Positions 60,278-64,000 of a DNA stretch of 64,000 nucleotides are shown piece after piece. The notes below the pieces were generated by a model. That model did not search any database. It saw nothing but the letters and a program-made list of their open reading frames with translations, and was not told the DNA's origin. The stretch spans positions 86,738,001 to 86,802,000 of the forward strand of contig NC_088794.1 in NCBI RefSeq assembly GCF_011386835.1, in the 5' to 3' direction. The DNA comes from Chrysemys picta bellii. Taxonomy: Eukaryota. A program made the translations under genes and the position numbers. Within the stretch, counting starts at the first letter, position 1, and every line of letters begins with the position of its first letter.

Positions 60278-61324
60278 GTAAAATTAATATTTACAGTTTT
60301 TACTGCAGTAGCGCCTAAAGGCCACAACCTTTAGTGGGGGGTCCATTTGGGCACTATCTAAATGTATAATAAATGACAGTTCTTGACCCAAAGAGTTTTC
60401 AGTCTAAAACGTGTACGTGGGACTCTTCTCCACTCGTACAGTATGTTAAATCTATTTTGCTTCCACTTTTAAAGGTAGGTAGGACAAAAAGATTTAAGAG
60501 ATATTTGCGATTATCTTTTCTGCTTAAATGGCTGTTTGAAAATTTCCTAATGATCATAAATGATCATCACTTCACATTTTTTAATATGAATGCACCACTG
60601 ACTGACACTTTCCAGTGAGGAAAGTTAATTTTTGTAAGCAGTTAGTCAAATGTAATTTTGTAACATGATAGAATAGGACCATAGCACTGTCTATTGGTTA
60701 GAGCACAAGACTGGAAATCATGATTTTATTCCTAATCTGACATTGACTTGCCATGTGACCTTGGCAAGTCACTCGTTCTCTGCCTACCTTAGTTTGCCTA
60801 TCTAAGTTACTAAAGATATAATGGACCATTACAACAAACAGAAGTGTAAGAATGCAGGGATGAAAAATATTTTTACAAGAAGGATCATGTGTAGCTAAGG
60901 CTGTAAAAAAATTGTATAACTTTATTATTTGAAAAATATATGTGATAGTGTAATTAAAGACTGCATTGTAATGTGTATACACAACAGGACAGAATTAAAG
61001 TTGCATGTAAATCCTTAACTTTGTCACTTTCTGACTTTTAAGTTTAACTTTAAAGTTTTCTTAACATAGTTTTTTGCATGGCATTTCCTGTCTGTGTTTT
61101 AAAATAGAACGTCATTATCCAGTACTTAGAAACTATGCTGTCTTGCAAAAAGTTGCCAATAATTGATATAAATTCTATAATTTGAAATTTGCAGTGTTGT
61201 TGTAGTAATGTATAATGACAGAATTTGGCAATATAAGGTGCACTCAAATTCCTCCCTTAAACTTTTTGTACCTTTTGAATCATTCAGGGGCTGAGGTAAG
61301 CACTTCTAGTGACTTTGTTCTCTG

Positions 61325-62068
61325 AAAACATCCACTCAATGTGCAGCGGCAGTCAAAAAAGCGAACAGAATGCTGGGAATAATTAAGAAAGGGATAGATA
61401 ACAGGACTGAAAATATCATGTTGCCTTTATATAAATCCATGGTACACCCACATCTTGAATACTGCGTGCAGATGTGGTCGCCCCACAAAAAAGATGTATT
61501 GGAATTGGAAAAGGTTCAGAAATGGGCAACAAAAACGGCTTCTGTATGAGGAGAGATTAATAAGATTGGGACTTTTCAGCTTGGAAAAGAGACAGCTAAG
61601 GGGAGATATGATTGAGGTAAAATCATGACGGGTGTAGAGAAAGTAGATAAGGAAGTGTTGTTTACTACTTCTCATAACACAAGAACTAGGGGTCACCAAA
61701 TGAAATTAATAGGCAGCAGATTTAAAACAAATAAAAGGAAGTATTTCTTCACACAACACACAGTCAACCTGTGGAACTCCTTGCCAAAGGATGTTGTGAA
61801 GGCCAAGACCATAATAGGGTTCAGAAAAGAACTAGCTAAATTCATGGAGGATAGGTCCATCAATGGCTGTTAGCCAGGACGGGTGGGAATGGTGTCCCTA
61901 GCCTCTGTTTGCCAGAAGCTGGGAATGAGTGACAGGGGATGGATCACTTGATGATCACCTGTTCTGTTCATTCCCTCTGGGGCACCTGGCACTGGCCACT
62001 GTCAGAAGACAGGATACTGGGCTAGATGGACCTTTGGTCTGACCCAGTAGGGCCATTCTTGCGTTCTT
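61325..62068 (+). mobile_element. CR1 LINE 3' fragment (different subfamily, GCCATTCTT-type tail)
   Basis: [62 protein letters not shown]. Ends ggtctgacccagtagggccattcttgcgttctt. Confidence 0.93.
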
Positions 62069-63199
62069 GCCTCAACCCATAAATATCTTCAATAGACAGA
62101 TTACAAGTTGCTCAAGATCCATCTACCTTCTTATGCTGTGCTCATCACTGAAGTATCCAAATGCCTGCTCTCCTCAACCCCTGCACACCTCACAAAATGT
62201 GTAGGAGCCCTCCTTCAACCCTTGCATTTTTTTAAGCTGCAGAGATGCTAATGGAGGCCTCCTAAGCACTTTAAATTGCATAGGAACCCACAATATATTT
62301 GACTAGATTTGATGCACTTGAAGTAAGTTAAAAACCCTACTACTTGGTATGTAATTTTCAAATGCTCAGAGCTCAGTCAAGTCCAAACCAATTTTCTCTG
62401 GATCACTGACAGTCACCTCCACTCAGTAAGGACCATTTCCATGTCAAATTTCAACTTTAAACTCAGACATTGTGGTTGTAGAGCTGTACAAATAAGAAGA
62501 CTGCAAAAATTCTTTTATCACAGGGGAAAGTATATTTTTCCACTCTTCATAATTCAACATGACTGAACTGTTTTTGCTCAAACTTAAGAAGAAATCACCT
62601 TTGAAGCATGAAAGTAATGAGTAAAAACAGGCTGGAATGAAAACAGTATTGCAACTTAAACTATAGTGGTTTCTGCTTCAGTAAATGCTTATATAACAGG
62701 GTTGGGGCTATGACCCAAGAGACATGAAAGAGACCTGTTTTCTTTCTGCTCCAGGTGTAGAAGGATGTACAGTTTATCTCCAAAGAGCTGCTTAAGAGGG
62801 TATCTTGTGAATTTATTTTGTCCCTCAATGAATTAATGAAGGTTTTTTCCGATGTGGGTTTTGATACCTGTGTTGATAGCTGGCCATAAGGGGGTCATGT
62901 TGCACAATCCAGGCTGAAAGTGATCAGCACTGTGGCTTAGCCTGCATTAGGGGAAAAGGGCAATGTTTCATGGCTGGCTAAAGATGAAACAGTTGCTCTT
63001 TGGGCAGATAGGACCAGCACAGTCTCAGATAGGATCTTGAGACTATGCAGATGCCCTCAATAGAGGATGAGCACTTAATTCCTGAAAATACTTCTCTCTG
63101 TCTAGCAGTAACCGTAGTTGCTCACCTGGGTTAAATTAATGCTTTTCATACAGATTTTAGTTTCTTCCAGACACTGGGACAGTTGGTGAATACAACACT

Positions 63200-63530
63200 A
63201 TAAATGTTTGAGAAGGAGATTGCAGAGCTACCTTTTATCAGATTATTGATGACACTGGAGCCACTGGTATCTCCCAATCTCCATTGTGAATGAGAGGTGA
63301 CAGGAGTGAGCTATGAAGGACTGTATAAGTGAGCACTCAGGGATAAGGAAAAAATACCTGTCGTGGTTCTGGGATCTGTCTAAGAGGAATGAGCAAAAAC
63401 AGTTTAATGTGACTCTGTACACCACGTTGAGTTCCTGTAGGTGAGTTAGCAGTACCTCATGATCAGTATAAAAGGCTGCTGATAGATTTAATAGCATTAT
63501 CTTGGATGCTTGTCTTTTGCCCTCAGCCAT
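63200..63530 (-). mobile_element. Decayed L2/CR1-clade RT fragment
   Basis: LLNLSAAFYTDHEVLL..L...TLNCFCSFLLDRSQ and QCHQ*SD (QCHQYADD-like). Confidence 0.7.
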
Positions 63531-64000
63531 AAAGTGACTGTCATTCCAATACATTCTCCTTGCCAGACCTTCACCTGAATGAGGGCTTTTAGATATTGGC
63601 AGAGGTTAGGTTTTGCTGGAATTGGCTAGCTACTATCTTTGACCTTGCTCAAGAAAGAGATTAAAGACAAGTGATGGCTACTGAGTCAATGGGAGTGTTG
63701 CCTGAGTTAAGAGACTAAGTTATGAATTTTACGTCACAGAGTTATAGAATTTAGGACCAGAAGTCATTGATATTCATTTTTGGCCTTTATCTAAATGTAC
63801 AAAGTGCTGCTGCTATAGGAAATGATGGGTCCATTTTGTGCCAAAGGCATAAGTTTTCTAAGGTGGGCTCGGAGAATGCTCTTCTGGACATGAATACAGA
63901 TGTACAGTTTTGGAAAATTTAAATGTTTTGTAGATCTTTAGGGCCACTTTCCAGTTGTGTTAATTATCACAATGCCTAATGCCCTAATACAGGTACTTAC

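Overview
Vertebrate genomic DNA, almost certainly a turtle (inferred from the tortoise tRNA/CR1-tailed Pol III SINE, abundant CR1 LINEs, and hAT/Harbinger MITE and Penelope families typical of turtles). Two protein-coding genes are on the + strand. TMEM229B has its complete single-exon CDS at 18317-18820. The 5' part of RAD51B has a CpG-island promoter at about 52.0-52.5 kb and three in-frame GT-AG coding exons at 55200-55283, 56106-56219 and 60161-60277. The rest is intronic or intergenic and dense in transposable elements: CR1, L2 and L1 LINE fragments, hAT MITEs with 8-bp TSDs, PIF/Harbinger-type MITEs with 3-bp TSDs, a solo LTR and SINEs. The most notable signal is seven Penelope-like retroelement (pLTR) remnants from three sequence families. 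Four carry a complete or near-complete minimal type I hammerhead ribozyme motif with a palindromic AGCU helix III, and helices I and II covary between families. Four are inverted-repeat insertions flanked by 12-14 bp TSDs. There are no rRNA, bona fide tRNA or CRISPR features. Almost all long GC-rich ORFs in the supplied track are spurious reads of MITEs. Repeat-family names come from recalled consensus features, not from database searches.
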